A DNA stretch of 64,000 bases from Azolla caroliniana (lineage: Eukaryota > Plantae > Polypodiophyta): contig JBHGNT010000006.1 of the NCBI GenBank assembly GCA_043228905.1, positions 8,246,001-8,310,000 on the forward strand, read 5' to 3'. Within the stretch, counting starts at the first letter, position 1, and each line of letters begins with the position of its first letter. Below the pieces are notes generated by a model, which saw nothing but the letters and a program-made list of their open reading frames with translations, had not been told where the DNA came from and did no database searches. The position numbers and the translations under genes are program-made. Positions 21,102 to 33,685 of the stretch are shown one piece after another.

Positions 21102-22849
21102 CTGTTGAGCGGTGAAACTAAGGTATTAGGTTATTTGTGTCAAATACATCTCAGTGGACATTTGTCCAAGAGGATTCCCTTGAGTTCCTTCCGCTTGAGC
21201 GGATGACATCGGGTCTTTAATTTGAGCCATTAAAGATTATTTCTGGAAAAGAAATAGGATAAGGTCAGAGAGATAGTCATAACATCATGTCGTGATGTAA
21301 ACATATCATGGGCAAACATTAATCGATATCATGATCTCACGTCAATACCCCTCTAGACATATGAGATGAGGTTCAAGATCAGGTTACTATGGTAACACAA
21401 AGGTGTTTTAAAAACCATGGGGGTGACAAATAAATGTCTTTCCCTGATCTCTATATCGATTTTTTCATGGTGGCTCCCCGAGGCTCAACCATGTATGTTC
21501 ACGTCATGAATAGTTTATACACGAAAAAAATGTTAACAATAAACTATGTTTCGGTGCCCACATATGTGGTTTCGGCCCTTTAAGTCCTATTACGAGGACC
21601 CCGAGGTGCACTTAGACCTTAAGTCTAAACATGTGTTATAGTCATATGTATCAAGGATGTTGTATGGTCTTGGTCATATTTGAACTCGAGACCTCGAGAA
21701 CAAATACATTAAACACTTGAGCCAACCAAGTGAGTTGCTCTTCTCGAATGCTTAATGCGTATAAGAGATATGCGAGGCATTTGATCATTTTTTTTTTTTA
21801 AAAGAACATATATGTCAAGGGTCCTTATTTCACCCTCATTTACCAAACTATGTTGGTACGTTACCTAACCTCAAGTCTCGTAATTACAATGGCATACGTC
21901 AAAGTGCAACCTAATGGTCAAGCCAAATGAGTCCTCGTTTCGTAGTAGGCCCACGTGGCCCATCACATGGTCACGTCATTACGAATGCCTCTCGTAAGAA
22001 TGAGCTCATGGTGGCATCGTATCCATGTAACGAGGGAGGGATGTTGGATACGTGTGTCATTGGAGCAACCTCACTTGAAGTGGGTCAAGCCCTACGTACT
22101 CAACATCATTATGACTATAGGCGTTTCTTTACGTAACGAAATCGGGGTCATCAACGGGGTTGTCAACAATAAAAAATTGTTGAAAAGGTATGGTGACAAC
22201 GCCATTCTCACAAAAATGTGAGGACGGCCACCAACATCCTTTTCCAGACAAGGACAACTTTCGATATAATCACGTAATAACGAATATACACATATGTTTA
22301 CTTATCACATATATACGATCAAATACATATATACGTGACCACATATGCCTATATTAAACATATCGTTATATTAAATAGCCACAAATGATGTGATCGAGAT
22401 ACGTAATCGAGGTAATACCTTTACGCACACGAAACATCCACAAATAAGAGATCATCGTAATACGCAACTCATCAAGGTATTAAACTCATACGCAAACGTA
22501 CCATATGTTCGTGAATGTAATACGTAATTGAGGTATTAACCTCGTACGCATACGACACTCATCACATATTATTTATATGTCAAACAAGTTATTGACCTCG
22601 TGCACATATGTAAACGTTTTAGATAATCAATTAAAGACCACTACAACATCATTGACTTAATGAAAAAAATTGACATATAAACTAAACACATGATTAGATG
22701 GGAGAAGAGAGAATAGAAAGAAAAAAATTTATTACGGAAAGAGTTGCCGAAGTTCTTTGTTGATCGTTGTCTGGATCAAGGCCGGCCACACATCAATCGA
22801 TCACCATCAATCAAAAGACAAAAGACAAACAAAGAAACATTAGTACATA

Positions 22850-22861
22850 GCTCTGATACCA
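22850..22861 (-). promoter_or_regulatory. PBS for tRNA-iMet (TGGTATCAGAGC)
   Basis: GCTCTGATACCA on the + strand, 2 nt from the LTR edge. Confidence 0.95.
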
Positions 22862-22863
22862 AA

Positions 22864-23319
22864 TATTCGAGAACTAGGTACTAAAGTAAGCTTAAGATAA
22901 GGATAAACTAATGATAGATAGAAAGGAGAAAGAGAAAGAAGGGTGTCGATCCACCCGACCACCCCCGAGCGAAGGGATCAAGACGGACTCGAGCCTCGAT
23001 CAGCGTCCCATACCACCGTCGTGGCGTCGAGTCGTACCTGGTGCTGGCGCGCTCGCTACAAGAGTTGACCCACCACAAGAGCAGAGTCTCGATGTAGTAA
23101 AAAAGATGATGAAATGAGGGTAGCTAGGCCTCTTATTTATAGTGATACCCAAGGCCCCCAGGCAAGTTCACACTTTACCTAATGGGTTGTCTCAATCCCT
23201 AGGATTAAAAGTAATCCTCCCCTTCTTTACACTCTCGTTTAACCCTCACACTTATCCACGTGTATAGAATACTACGGTAAATTCTCACCACGGGATATTA
23301 AATGGTCATGCCCGTAACA
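22864..23319 (-). repeat. 5' LTR of element 2
   Basis: Direct repeat of 16632-17087. Confidence 0.95.
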
Positions 23320-26300
23320 GGTACCACGGGAGAGGGTGTGGAGCAAAATGCCCTGTCGACTTGCGGAGAAAGACCGGCCAAGGAGGAGGTCGGGAGCGGA
23401 GAAGAGCCCTCCATGCGGATTCCGGAGACTCCGACAATCGAGCCTGTGTGCCGACACAAGACTGGAGAGATGGAAGGCGCAAGCGAGGAGTCTTGGCACG
23501 ATGCCAGCGAAGATGGATGGGAAATGGCCTACGAGGAGGTCGAGGACAAAGCCGGCGTGGCAATGTGAGACCGAAAGAGAAGGGAGATGGTGGGGAAGCA
23601 CAAGGAAGGAGATCGACGGCGTCCAGAGAAACGAAAGAGGCGGTTGACTGAAGTATGGGTCCTCCACACTCGTTCCCAAGACTTAGGCGATTGCGTCTGA
23701 GAACCAATGGAAGGCCTACGAGACGGAGAGTGGCAGCGAGGACGCGGAGGTCGCGGCCAATACAACCGATCCGGAAGAGGTGGAACGAAGACCGGTCCTA
23801 TGGGTCACCTCACACTAGGCTAGAGACTTCGGCAGTTGGCATCAGATCCGACGTAAGACCAAGATACTGACGATGGCGGCATGAGAACGGGCCCCGACAA
23901 TTCAGATAGTGATGGACGGACCTGAACGAGAACCAGGCAGAGTGGACTTTTGGATAACTTATCTGGAAGGGAGGGAGAGGAAAGCCTACAGGAAGGCCGG
24001 AACGCGGTACATCGGTACCACGGGAAAGGGTGCGGAGCAAGCTACCCTCTCGACATGGGGAGAACGAAGACCCGGGATAGGGTTGGAGAAACGAGAGGCC
24101 CAAGGAGGATCCTTCACACCGGATCTAGAGACTTCGGAAATCGGCAACCGAACCGACATAAGACCAAGAGACTGACGGTGGCGGCGAGAGGACGAGGCCA
24201 AAGACAGCAGATGGGCGATCCTACGACGATCCTCACACCGATCCGGAGACTCCGGTGGTCGGCCCGAGAACCGGCGTGAGACCTAGAGAGAAAGATGGTG
24301 GCGGCAGATGAACGAGATCTCGAGATATGGCGTAGAAGTATGGATGGTCGATACTACGGTGATCCTCACACTGATCCAGAGACTCCAACAGTCGGCCCAA
24401 GAGCCGGCGTGAGACCTAGAGAGAACGGCGGCGGCAGCAGGTGAACAGGATCCGACAAAGCAAAGGCCAAAAGAGAGGAAAGAGGTATCAGGCCAGCGAC
24501 ACGGCCACGAACCGTATACGGACCCAACCGGAAGAGTCGGCAAGGCAAAGATCAGGCGCGCTTGGTACACGATTCGGTGACCCAACAAATCAGAGGCCCA
24601 AGAAGGATTCTCCGCACCTATCTGGAGACCTCGGTAGTTTCGCCGACGTGGCAACGTGAAACCGAGGGTAATGGGAGGTGGCGGCAAGGGGACGAAGGCG
24701 GCAACAGCAGAAGCACCGAATAGCCAAGGCGTCACGTGAACGAAGGAGGCCATGCGGGCTGGAATGCGGCGAGGGTGATCTTCCGGTAAGCTGCCGGGGG
24801 CACCCGGTCAAGGAGCGGTGCGCCACGCCGGAAAGGCACACCCGAAAGCGGATCGGAAGACGTGTGTGTGGCCATCGAGGGCCAAAGCAATGCACGGGTA
24901 AGGGACGGTGTTCGGCACAGGAAGACGGCACACGGCGGTGCCGGGAACGAGAGCACAAGTGCGTAAACAGACTACGCGGAATGGACACCGAAAACAAGAT
25001 CGAGGGCCGGAGAAGGTTCCTCCACACCCGCCTCGGAGATCTCGGCGGCTCAGTCGGAGTGGCAACGACTGACCTGGCGGGCCAAACCCGAGATAACAAG
25101 CTGGTGGGGGCGAGGGGACGACGACAAGCGGAAGGCTCCAAACCGGTGGCAACAGCGCAAGAAGAAAGTGGCCAAGCGGGCTACTACGGGGTGTTCCTCG
25201 GACGCGGAGAAGCGGCGGCACACGAACTGACCGAGTGAGGGCCGACAACGTGTGCATGGGAAGTAATTGGAGTTCGGCACGGGCGGGGCCGAACACGAGA
25301 AGGGCATGCGTGGCACACAGAGGTGCTAGAACAGGAACACAGACGCGAAGATGGGTTGCCAGTCCAGGTGATCTCGTGTAAAGGGCCGGCGAGGGATCCT
25401 CCACACTGGTTCCGGAGATCTTGGCAGTTCGGCCGTCGTGGCAACGTAGGACCACGGAGAAGGTAGGTGGCGGTGAGGGGAAAAAGGCGATGGAGATCCG
25501 GGTGGAACGAGAACCGGGACAACGTAGGCCAAGCAGGCCATCACGGGTGCTCCTCGGACGAAGGACACCACGTATCCAAAGTGATGAGAATCGTGCATGC
25601 GGTTGAAGGAAGGGCCAACGGGAAGCACGCACACTACGGGATCGCGGTGAATGACCTATCGACGGATCGAACCAGCCTACAGGGATGCAAACATGGAGAA
25701 GGAACCAGAGCCAACGATTCGGGCCAACGAGGCCAACGTGCAGCCAGAATGCGGATTACGGAAGACCGGTTCCTCATCGGCCGAAATCTCTCACCCTTCT
25801 CCGAACTTGGCACGTGGACGTGCGGTTAGGTGGGGGCGGATGTCGTGAAGATTCTGGGCCATAGTGAGATACCGGGGAATATCGGAAGAATCGACGGAGT
25901 GCATCATGTGCACTTATCCTTGTTTAAACATGTGAATAATAGGGGTGCCTTTATGGCGCGGAGTAGGAGTCAAGTCGGGGCAGAGAATCCCATGTAAATC
26001 AAGATTTATCCCACATTGTTACACGCCTACCTCTTTGTGCTATAAAAGGAAGGGAGGATCCCTGGTAAAATGGTTGCCCATTTTGAGTTAGGAGGGTATA
26101 CTATTAGGTTCAAAGTAAGTTATTTTTTCTCTCTTTATTTTCTCTTTGTTTTAGGGTTTCATCTTGGTAGTATTCTTCTTCTTCTTATTCTTCGGTGTCG
26201 TGTGGGTGGAGACTTCTTGTTCGTTTAGGGTTTAGTTTGGTGAAAAGCGTGTATATTCGTGGGGTTGGCTTCTGATTAGTTTCCTGTGCAAGACCCTACT

Positions 26301-26671
26301 CGGCGCGTCGAGCCCGAGAGCTCCTCGATCGGCGGCTTGGCAGTAGACCGATGTTGTAACCTAACCTACCTTGGTCCGGCTCGAAGCCAGGGTTGTATCT
26401 TCCCCTCGTAATATATATATATTCATATCTGTTTGTGCATATTGGTGTCCCTGACGGTGTCGGGTGCATAGCTCCCCTCCTTTGTTCCTGTACATAAGAG
26501 TCGGTCTTGCGTGCGTGCTCTCTCTCTCTCTCTCTTTTCCTCACTCCCTCTCTCTCCTGTTCGGTGGCCTCTAGTACGTGTCCGGAGTCGGTTTCCTGGC
26601 ATCCCTCTCTTTCTCGTTTGAGACCCCCGTGGTCCCGCCCTTTTTGACACGCACTCGCGGACAACCGCGAC

Positions 26672-27121
26672 AACGTCTACCTCACAATTCTAAGACATTG
26701 TCTAAGGGTAAGTGCGCAAAGTTAGCCCCACGGTTTTGTGGACCTTTTACAACCCTCAATCACATTGGGTCATCAGCCTATCGTCTCGGGATTGAGACAA
26801 CCCATTAGGCCAAGTGTGAACTTGCCTAGGGGCCTTGGGTATCACTATAAATAAGAGGCCTAGCTACCCTCATTTCATCATCTTTTGACTACGTCGAGAC
26901 TTTGTTTCTCGGTGGTTCAACTCTTGTAGCGAGTGCACTAGCACCAAGTACGACTCGACGCCACGGTGGTGGTATGGGACACCGATCGAGACTCGAGTTT
27001 ATCTCGATTCCTTCGCTCGAGGTTGGTCGGGTGGATCAACACCCTTCTTTCTCTCTCTCCTCGTTATCTAGATCTATCTTTTATCCTTATTTTATGCTTA
27101 CATTAGTTCATATCTCTAATA
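26672..27121 (+). mobile_element. Deleted remnant of the element-2 family in opposite orientation (integrase fragment fused to a partial LTR)
   Basis: 26672-26788 matches the reverse complement of ~17400-17515 (PHNSKTLS.GKCAKLAPRFCGPF); 26789-27121 matches the distal LTR and ends CTCTAATA. Confidence 0.88.
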
Positions 27122-28940
27122 GCAAGGGTCATCTCAACATTATCAGGACTTCAAGTGGCAAGATGGCTTACTCTTCTACAAGAATGTCCTTTACATCCCT
27201 AATGGATCACCCCGACTTCAAGTGTTAGAACATTGTCATGATGCCCCCATGGCTGGACATTTTGGTATTGCAAAGATCATTGGGCTAGTGAAACGTTCGT
27301 TTTGGTGGCCTCACATGCAAAAATTTGTCAAAGATTACGTTCACACATGTGACACTTACTGTCGCGCCAAAATACCCACACATCATCCTTATGGCTTACT
27401 ACAACCATTACCACGTCCCAGCAACCCATGGCCGTCTATTTCTATGGATTTCATTACGGATCTGCCACCTTCCAAAGGCTTTGATAGTATTTTAATAGTA
27501 GTGGATCGGTTCATAAAGATGGCACATTTTGTATCGTGTGTAAAGCCCATTAGTAGTGAAGAAACTGCAGATCTCATTATGCGTGAGGTGTTTCACCATC
27601 ATGGTCTCCCAAATGATATTATTAGCGATTGAGGTCCTCAATTTAACTCACACTTTTGGAAGCCCCTATGGGCAGGCCTCAAAATCTCCTGCAAACTCTC
27701 TTTGGTTTATCATCCACAAACTGACGGAAAAACATAGCACACAAATCAAACACTCGAGCAGTATCTTTTACATCTTGCCGAGTTTGCATACAACAACACG
27801 GTACACTCTTCTACCAAAGTTACACCTTTCTTTGCCTACACTAGCAACCACCCTAGATGGTGTATCCTGGACCTTTCTTTGCCTACACTGGAAACCACCC
27901 TAGATGGTGTATCCTGGATCTCCCTGAGGTGTCACGAAAACCTAGTGCAGTGCATCATTTCCACCGACCACAACAAATCCAGTTTCAATTATCTTCACAT
28001 CTTCAAAAAGTGCAAGCACACCATAAGACCAATGCCAATCGGCATCGTCCTTAGTCTCCTTTTAAGGTTGGTGACCGAGTATGGTTGCTTTGTCGTCACA
28101 TCAAGACTATCCGCCCATGTGCTAAGCTCAATTATCAATGCTTAGGTGCTTTTGTCATCACAGCATGGATTAATGATGCAATATTTCGTCTTAACCTTCC
28201 TGCACATATGCGACTTCACCCAGTCTTCCAAAGCTCTCTTTTGGAACCTTGCCGCACCTCTTTAATTCCTAATCGGTGTCGTACCACCACCGCCTTCTGT
28301 CCAACTGGTTGACAGCTCCGAATATGAGGTAGCTGCTATTCTTGATTCTAAGATTGTGCACAATAAGCTTTATTATCTAGTTGATTGGCTTGGCTATCCT
28401 CCGAGTGATCGCACGTCGGAACCTATGCTCAAGCTCTTGTCGATGACTTCCATCCCCACTATCCAAACAAACCCGGCCCTACAATGTTAACGTCGACTTC
28501 CACTCGGTGTTCTTGAAGGAGGTATAGTGTCATGAACACATGACCATTATGGCGTCACCCGGACTTGAACCTCGAATCTTGTAATCCATAATTGAAAACC
28601 TCAACCATTAAGATATCTTATTGTCATATGAGAGGATAAAAGCTACTCTTTATATTATATTGATTATTGTAAAAACTCTCGATCATTCTAGAATGTCCTA
28701 GAACATTCTAGAACATTATAGAAATCTCTAAGCTATTCTATAGGAACCTATAAATAAATGCATACATGTATTCTCAAATCAATTCGAATTAATACCAGTC
28801 TTTAGCTCTCATTACATATCTTGTATCCATTCTCTTTCTTTCTCTATCATAATACGCCCATTCTTCTCTTAGCATTTCGTTCCTTTCTTCTCGTGTTCCC
28901 TTATATCCTTCTTCCATCACTCTATCTTTTATTCCTAACA
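27122..28940 (+). mobile_element. Truncated chromovirus remnant (Tf2/Tcn1-like integrase, chromodomain, PPT, 3' LTR ~28528-28940)
   Basis: HD.PMAGHFG, WPSISMDFITDLP, LHPVF; chromodomain EYEVAAILDSKI...YYLVDWLGY; GAAGGAGG then TGTCATGAAC at 28528. LTR end is tentative. Confidence 0.85.
28686..28723 (+). promoter_or_regulatory. Heat-shock element array in an LTR, ~25 nt upstream of a TATA box
   Basis: TTC-TA-GAA-TG-TCC-TA-GAA-CA-TTC-TA-GAA-CA-TTA-TA-GAA, then TATAAATA at ~28748. Confidence 0.65.
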
Positions 28941-29224
28941 CTAATCGTATAAAGGCCAAGCAGACGATAAGGCAGCCAAAGCCAACATCGAAACGAAGGA
29001 GTAGACAGGTCGAGCAGTGCCGAGGTCATGACAACGAGGGAGCTGAGAAGGACTTGACGAGCAAACAAGCCGACCAAAGGGGTCGAGGTGCGTGGAACCG
29101 GAGGGATCAAGAAGGTTCGTGGAACGCATGACCAGACTGGACGAGGAGGGTGAGCAAGGCGAGAAGATGTCAGGAGGAGCCAAAAAATAGAACCCGGTAG
29201 AGTAGGAGTAACCTCAAGTTGAGC

Positions 29225-29612
29225 TTGAGGGGGAGTGTTGAGAAGCAAGCTCAACATGGCCCGGATCGGCTAAATAAGCCGAGAGCTGGATCGGAGAACC
29301 GGATCTGCGAGGAGCCGACAAACCGTTAGACGCATACACTCTTAGTTTAGTAGGTAGTTATATTTTTGGGAGTTAGTGTTAGAGGCTCTTTGTCAATACT
29401 TCTTTCGATCCTTTTTAAGAACTTGTATAAAAGTGTTCTCAGCGCATTTGTATGTACAGAGCATATTATTGTTTTTGAATTGAGTTTAGTCTTCTACTCT
29501 CTCTGTCTCTCCCACATACTACGTATTTCCATTGTTTCTCTGTGTTTTCTCTATTGTTGTCCGGCTGAGCCAGTTGTATTTTGTTTAGCTTCTTCACGTA
29601 AATCGTTTCACA
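29225..29612 (+). mobile_element. PPT plus probable 3' LTR of a copia-type element
   Basis: TTGAGGGGGAG immediately followed by TGTTGAG (29236); TATAAAA at ~29426; likely ends ...TTTCACA. Confidence 0.55.
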
Positions 29613-31076
29613 CTATTTATAGAAATGGTCTAGACCTAGTGTGTCAAATGGGATAGTGTGAATGTGACCATTATATACCCGTATTCAACAATAATCTCAA
29701 TTGGAACAATATGTTTTCTCTCCCTAATAGAAAAACATTAGACTCTACATCACTATGTAGTCATTACTTAGGTCAATATTCTTAGTAAAGAATTGAGAAT
29801 GCAACACTATTTTTCCACATTCATATCCCATGGACTTTCAACCAAGTGATAACTGTTACATGACGCAAACGCTTTTTGGATTTGTTCACACCTCTCATCA
29901 TGTTTCCAAGTATGATTAGAAACTAATTATGAGATAGTGTGGTCTCGGTACATTAGAGGAGGATAATTATTCCTTCTATGTGTAATCTAGATGGGGAAGA
30001 GCATTTAAACCTTGTAAATTTGTAGGAACTTAAAATTATAGGGAAATTGTCCAAATGCAAGTAGGTTATTTATAGACCTTTCTCCTTGAACAATAACCGC
30101 AATTATGCAACAAAGTTATACTCCCAATTTCTTGAAATTTATAGAGGGAACATTGCTCTTGTGCATTTATGTTGGCATTGATGAACGAGCTAATCAATGT
30201 ACTTACAATTTTTACTATTATAATATAGATCTACAAATATTTGTGAAACCTATTATGGGATAATAATGCTTCTTGATCTTGTTGAGTTGGTTGATTGGTC
30301 AATGCAATAGAATCAAAATCTATTAGGTGCAATTGTGTAGGTTAAAATCCTTTAGTCAACACAAAATTATTAATATGTAAAATGATAATTAAAAGATGGC
30401 AAAACCTTAAATAAAATAGCAGTACAGTAAACAAAAAAGTTTAGAAATATGTAAATATGCTTCATCTCTACGTGAATCCAATATGCCATAAAGCTCAATC
30501 CATTGAAATGTGCTTCTTTCCTATAGTAATTCAGATGCTCGTTAATGGCATTTACATCTAGGGAGTTTACGATAAGCTCAATCACATGCTAATTAATGGA
30601 CACTTCATCCTTGGTATTAATTTTAAAATGTGGTTTCACCTATGACAAGAAGTGCCTCATTGGTTTGCTTTTGCAAGAATCAAGTGGTGTAACATTCTAT
30701 TGTTAGTAAGATGGTTCAGAGAAGGTGTCAAGCACTATTTAGTATATTGACGAAGTGAACTAGCCTCACAAGTAAATTGTCCTCTCCACCTAACATTGAA
30801 ACCTTACTTAGTTAAGTTTAAATGTAATTATTGAAGGACTTCATTAATTGAGGAAGACACAAGAAATCCATACAACACATGCTTATTAATCAATTTGTCA
30901 TCCATGGTCAATACAAGGTGGAGCTTAAATACCTAAGGCAAAAACTTAGGGTTTGACCTCTTATATAAATTGAGGGTTGAAGCTTAATTAAGGGGTGAGA
31001 GGGAGGGAGGGAGGGAGGGAGAACAAAAGTGATAAAGTGACCAAGAAACTCAAAAGAGCTCTAATTTTACATTATT

Positions 31077-31548
31077 TGTGGTGTCACTAAGTTGTCCCAA
31101 CACCAATCTTAGTTGGGACTCACCACAGGGCCAGCTCTAGTGCCAAAGAAGGCACCACCTTGGGTTGGGACAACCTAGTTCCAATTGGGAATCCCAAGGG
31201 GAACTTCCCAACGGCTAGTCCAAAAGGCCATATTTGGCCTATATAAAGAGGATTACTCCTCATTTGTAACCATTCCCATATTCTGAGATCCATTCTTTCA
31301 CACTCTCTCATTGTCATTCTCATCATCTTGGCTTTAAGGTGCTTTCTCCCCTTTGTGGTTTTTGGGGAGTTGTCCTGACTCGTCTCGACTTGTCCCAATT
31401 CCGACTGGTGCATCGTGGTTTGTCTCAATTTGAGACAATTGTAGGCTTTTGTATTCATAATGAAATATAACTATGATTTGTGTCCTAATTGGTGTCCCAA
31501 CCGTGTTTTCTTGTTGTTTTGAAACCCCCATAATCTAGGGGCATAACA
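31077..31548 (+). mobile_element. Solo LTR (472 bp)
   Basis: TG...CA bounded by 5-bp TSD TTATT (31072-31076, 31549-31553); internal TATATAAAG at ~31240. Confidence 0.8.
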
Positions 31549-32956
31549 TTATTTGAACCTTAGTTTAACACTATCCCATGTGACCAATATGAATTAGACA
31601 CACCTGTTTTCGTCTATTGCCTTCCTTTTTCTTGCCTCTAGAGTGTTATCCTTTACTACCAATGCTATGACCCTTTTCTTTATCTTTCTTCTAGACTTAT
31701 CTCTTTACTACAAACTTTTACAGAATGTCAATCATCTAGACTATCCAAGTTTACTTGCCATTCACTTTCAATCTAGTGCACTACTGCATACACACATTCC
31801 AATGATCCCACTTGCAATTCCACTCTGAATTGAGATGTTCATTACCAAAATTCTTGAATATGGAGTCACGTAATTCACATTTGACCTGCAACAATAATAA
31901 AATCAAGGGAAAAGTACCGGGAAAAGATCAGAAATATATATTTTGAAGTATTAAAAGGAGTGTAGTATCTGCATCACTCCTCTCACGTAAACGAGGTTGT
32001 GGCTTTAATCAAAATCACGAAAAATTGGCATGAAATCATTAACCAACATCTAGGAATTGAACTATTTATATATACATCCATCTGTCCATCTATACTATAT
32101 ACATATAATATACATAGGTTGTCATCCTCCATGCTAAACATTTCTCACAAACACGTGTTAAATAATGACCAAATCACGTTCGCACTACAACGTAAGCCCG
32201 ACAAAATTGATAAAATCATACGTACACCAATCAATACAGTTGGAAATTACAATACTGATCTCATCAATGAACACTATGGTAACACCTTTTTATTGAAATT
32301 ACTGGCAATAATATATTTATTGCATTATACACTCTCAAGTATATACATAATACACTCTCATGTAGTTAACAATATTGAAATTGGCAGTCAAGAATCAGTG
32401 CAATTCACTATGTTTTTGAATCGTGATCAAATCAGTGATGGATAGTTCCCAAAAATTTACTTCCATTATTTTCTATTCGGTAATATAAAATAGACTTATA
32501 AACCACAAGAATCAGCGCTCACTCTGAATCATGAATATGGTGATCAGAGGATTGCGATGAGCCTCCCTAAAATCTAGTGTAAAATTATAACTGGTACAAG
32601 AATCAACAGTCACTCTGAATCACGATCAAATCAGAGGATTGTCATGAAATTCCCTAACTAATATCTACTGATCACTAGTATTCATGGCCTAAAATAATCA
32701 TGAAACTTAGTAGCTAGAATTTTTCCGCATCAGGAACAAGAAATATTCATGAAATCAACATGATCAAGCGTATAAGAAGCAACTGAACACAAGAATCAAC
32801 ATATTTCAGCCTCGATCATGAAATGGTCGAAGGATTGTACTGAAATTCAATGTTTAATTTATTCAGGCCTCCGAGTGTAGTATAATAATTTATCTAAGGC
32901 AGTCTATTCAGACTGTAAATCATGAATAGCAAGAAGTTAGCCCTTAATATATAAGT

Positions 32957-33685
32957 TCAGTTGTCATCCATATCATGAAGAATATTTATGGATAAGTGGT
33001 ACCTCTCTCTGTAGTATTGCTCTAATTCTTGCATGCTGAGGTCATTTGAAGGAGGATCACCATGGCCAATAAGCCAAAGCAAACGTTCGAAAGGATCAAG
33101 TTCAAAAGGAAGGTTGAGACCTCCTTTCTGACTAAATCCAAACTCTTCTTTCGATTTTTCGAGAAGAAGACGAAATGCAGGATGATTCAAGTAAGATGCA
33201 GGGATGACGAAACGTTTCCTTTCTCGTCCTGCATAAACTGACACAAAACCTTGTGGGGCAATATAGCTGTGATTAGAGGTTTGACAAGATTCTGAAGCAC
33301 GATACATATTGTCACCTTGTTTTATTATAGCATCACAAGATGAAGAATAAGAAGGATCTGAGCAAGAAGAAATCAAGCGTGGAATCCATCCATGTAATAT
33401 ACTGCTGACGACATGGCCGTCAGAATATACTGATCTTGCTACTGGTGTTTGATCTTCGGATATTCTTCCCGAGGAGGATCTACTGCTAATATTGCTGCTC
33501 ACAACGACTGCTTTCTTCAGTTTGGAGACGAACTTCTTGACAGTAGAGATATTAAGGCGATGGGGAAAGCTATGCATATGGCCATGTTCATGGTCATAAC
33601 TATGGTTATGGCTAAAATGGTCATTGTTGTGGTTATAGCTTTGGTTGTGGTTATGGTTACGGCGAGGTTGCTTGAGAATCGCCAT
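32957..33685 (-). CDS. SAUR: SAUR-family (small auxin-up RNA) protein, 242 aa, intronless, His/Asn-rich N-terminal extension
   Basis: APQGFVSVYAGRERKRFVIPASYLNHPAFRLLLEKSKEEFGFSQKGGLNLP is the auxin-inducible domain; first ATG at 33685 (the track start at 33760 is a GTG). Confidence 0.92.
   Translation of the reverse strand: MAILKQPRRNHNHNQSYNHNNDHFSHNHSYDHEHGHMHSFPHRLNISTVKKFVSKLKKAVVVSSNISSRSSSGRISEDQTPVARSVYSDGHVVSSILHGWIPRLISSCSDPSYSSSCDAIIKQGDNMYRASESCQTSNHSYIAPQGFVSVYAGRERKRFVIPASYLNHPAFRLLLEKSKEEFGFSQKGGLNLPFELDPFERLLWLIGHGDPPSNDLSMQELEQYYRERYHLSINILHDMDDN

Larger units (their letters stand above)
16632..23319 (-). mobile_element. Defective chromovirus Ty3/gypsy LTR retrotransposon (element 2)
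   Basis: 456-bp LTRs at 16632-17087 and 22864-23319 (~13 mismatches by eye); TSD GGTAC at 16627-16631 and 23320-23324; tRNA-iMet PBS; PPT; gag-PR-RT-RH-INT-chromodomain with stops and deletions. Confidence 0.96.
16459..26671 (+). mobile_element. GC-rich, internally repetitive LTR-like sequence (~3.5 kb net; 16459-16631 plus 23320-26671), interrupted by element 2
   Basis: Abrupt GC rise at TGTCATGAAC (16459); ends ...CGCGACA (26671); TATAAAAG at 26041; recurring GATCCTCACAC...GAGACT(C/T)CGG units; no long protein-like ORF. No matching TSD, so the boundaries are tentative. Confidence 0.55.

Noticed and set aside
23272-25848. Many overlapping R/G/P-rich ORFs on both strands
   Set aside because: Expected from high GC and stop scarcity in a repeat; no recognisable motifs.
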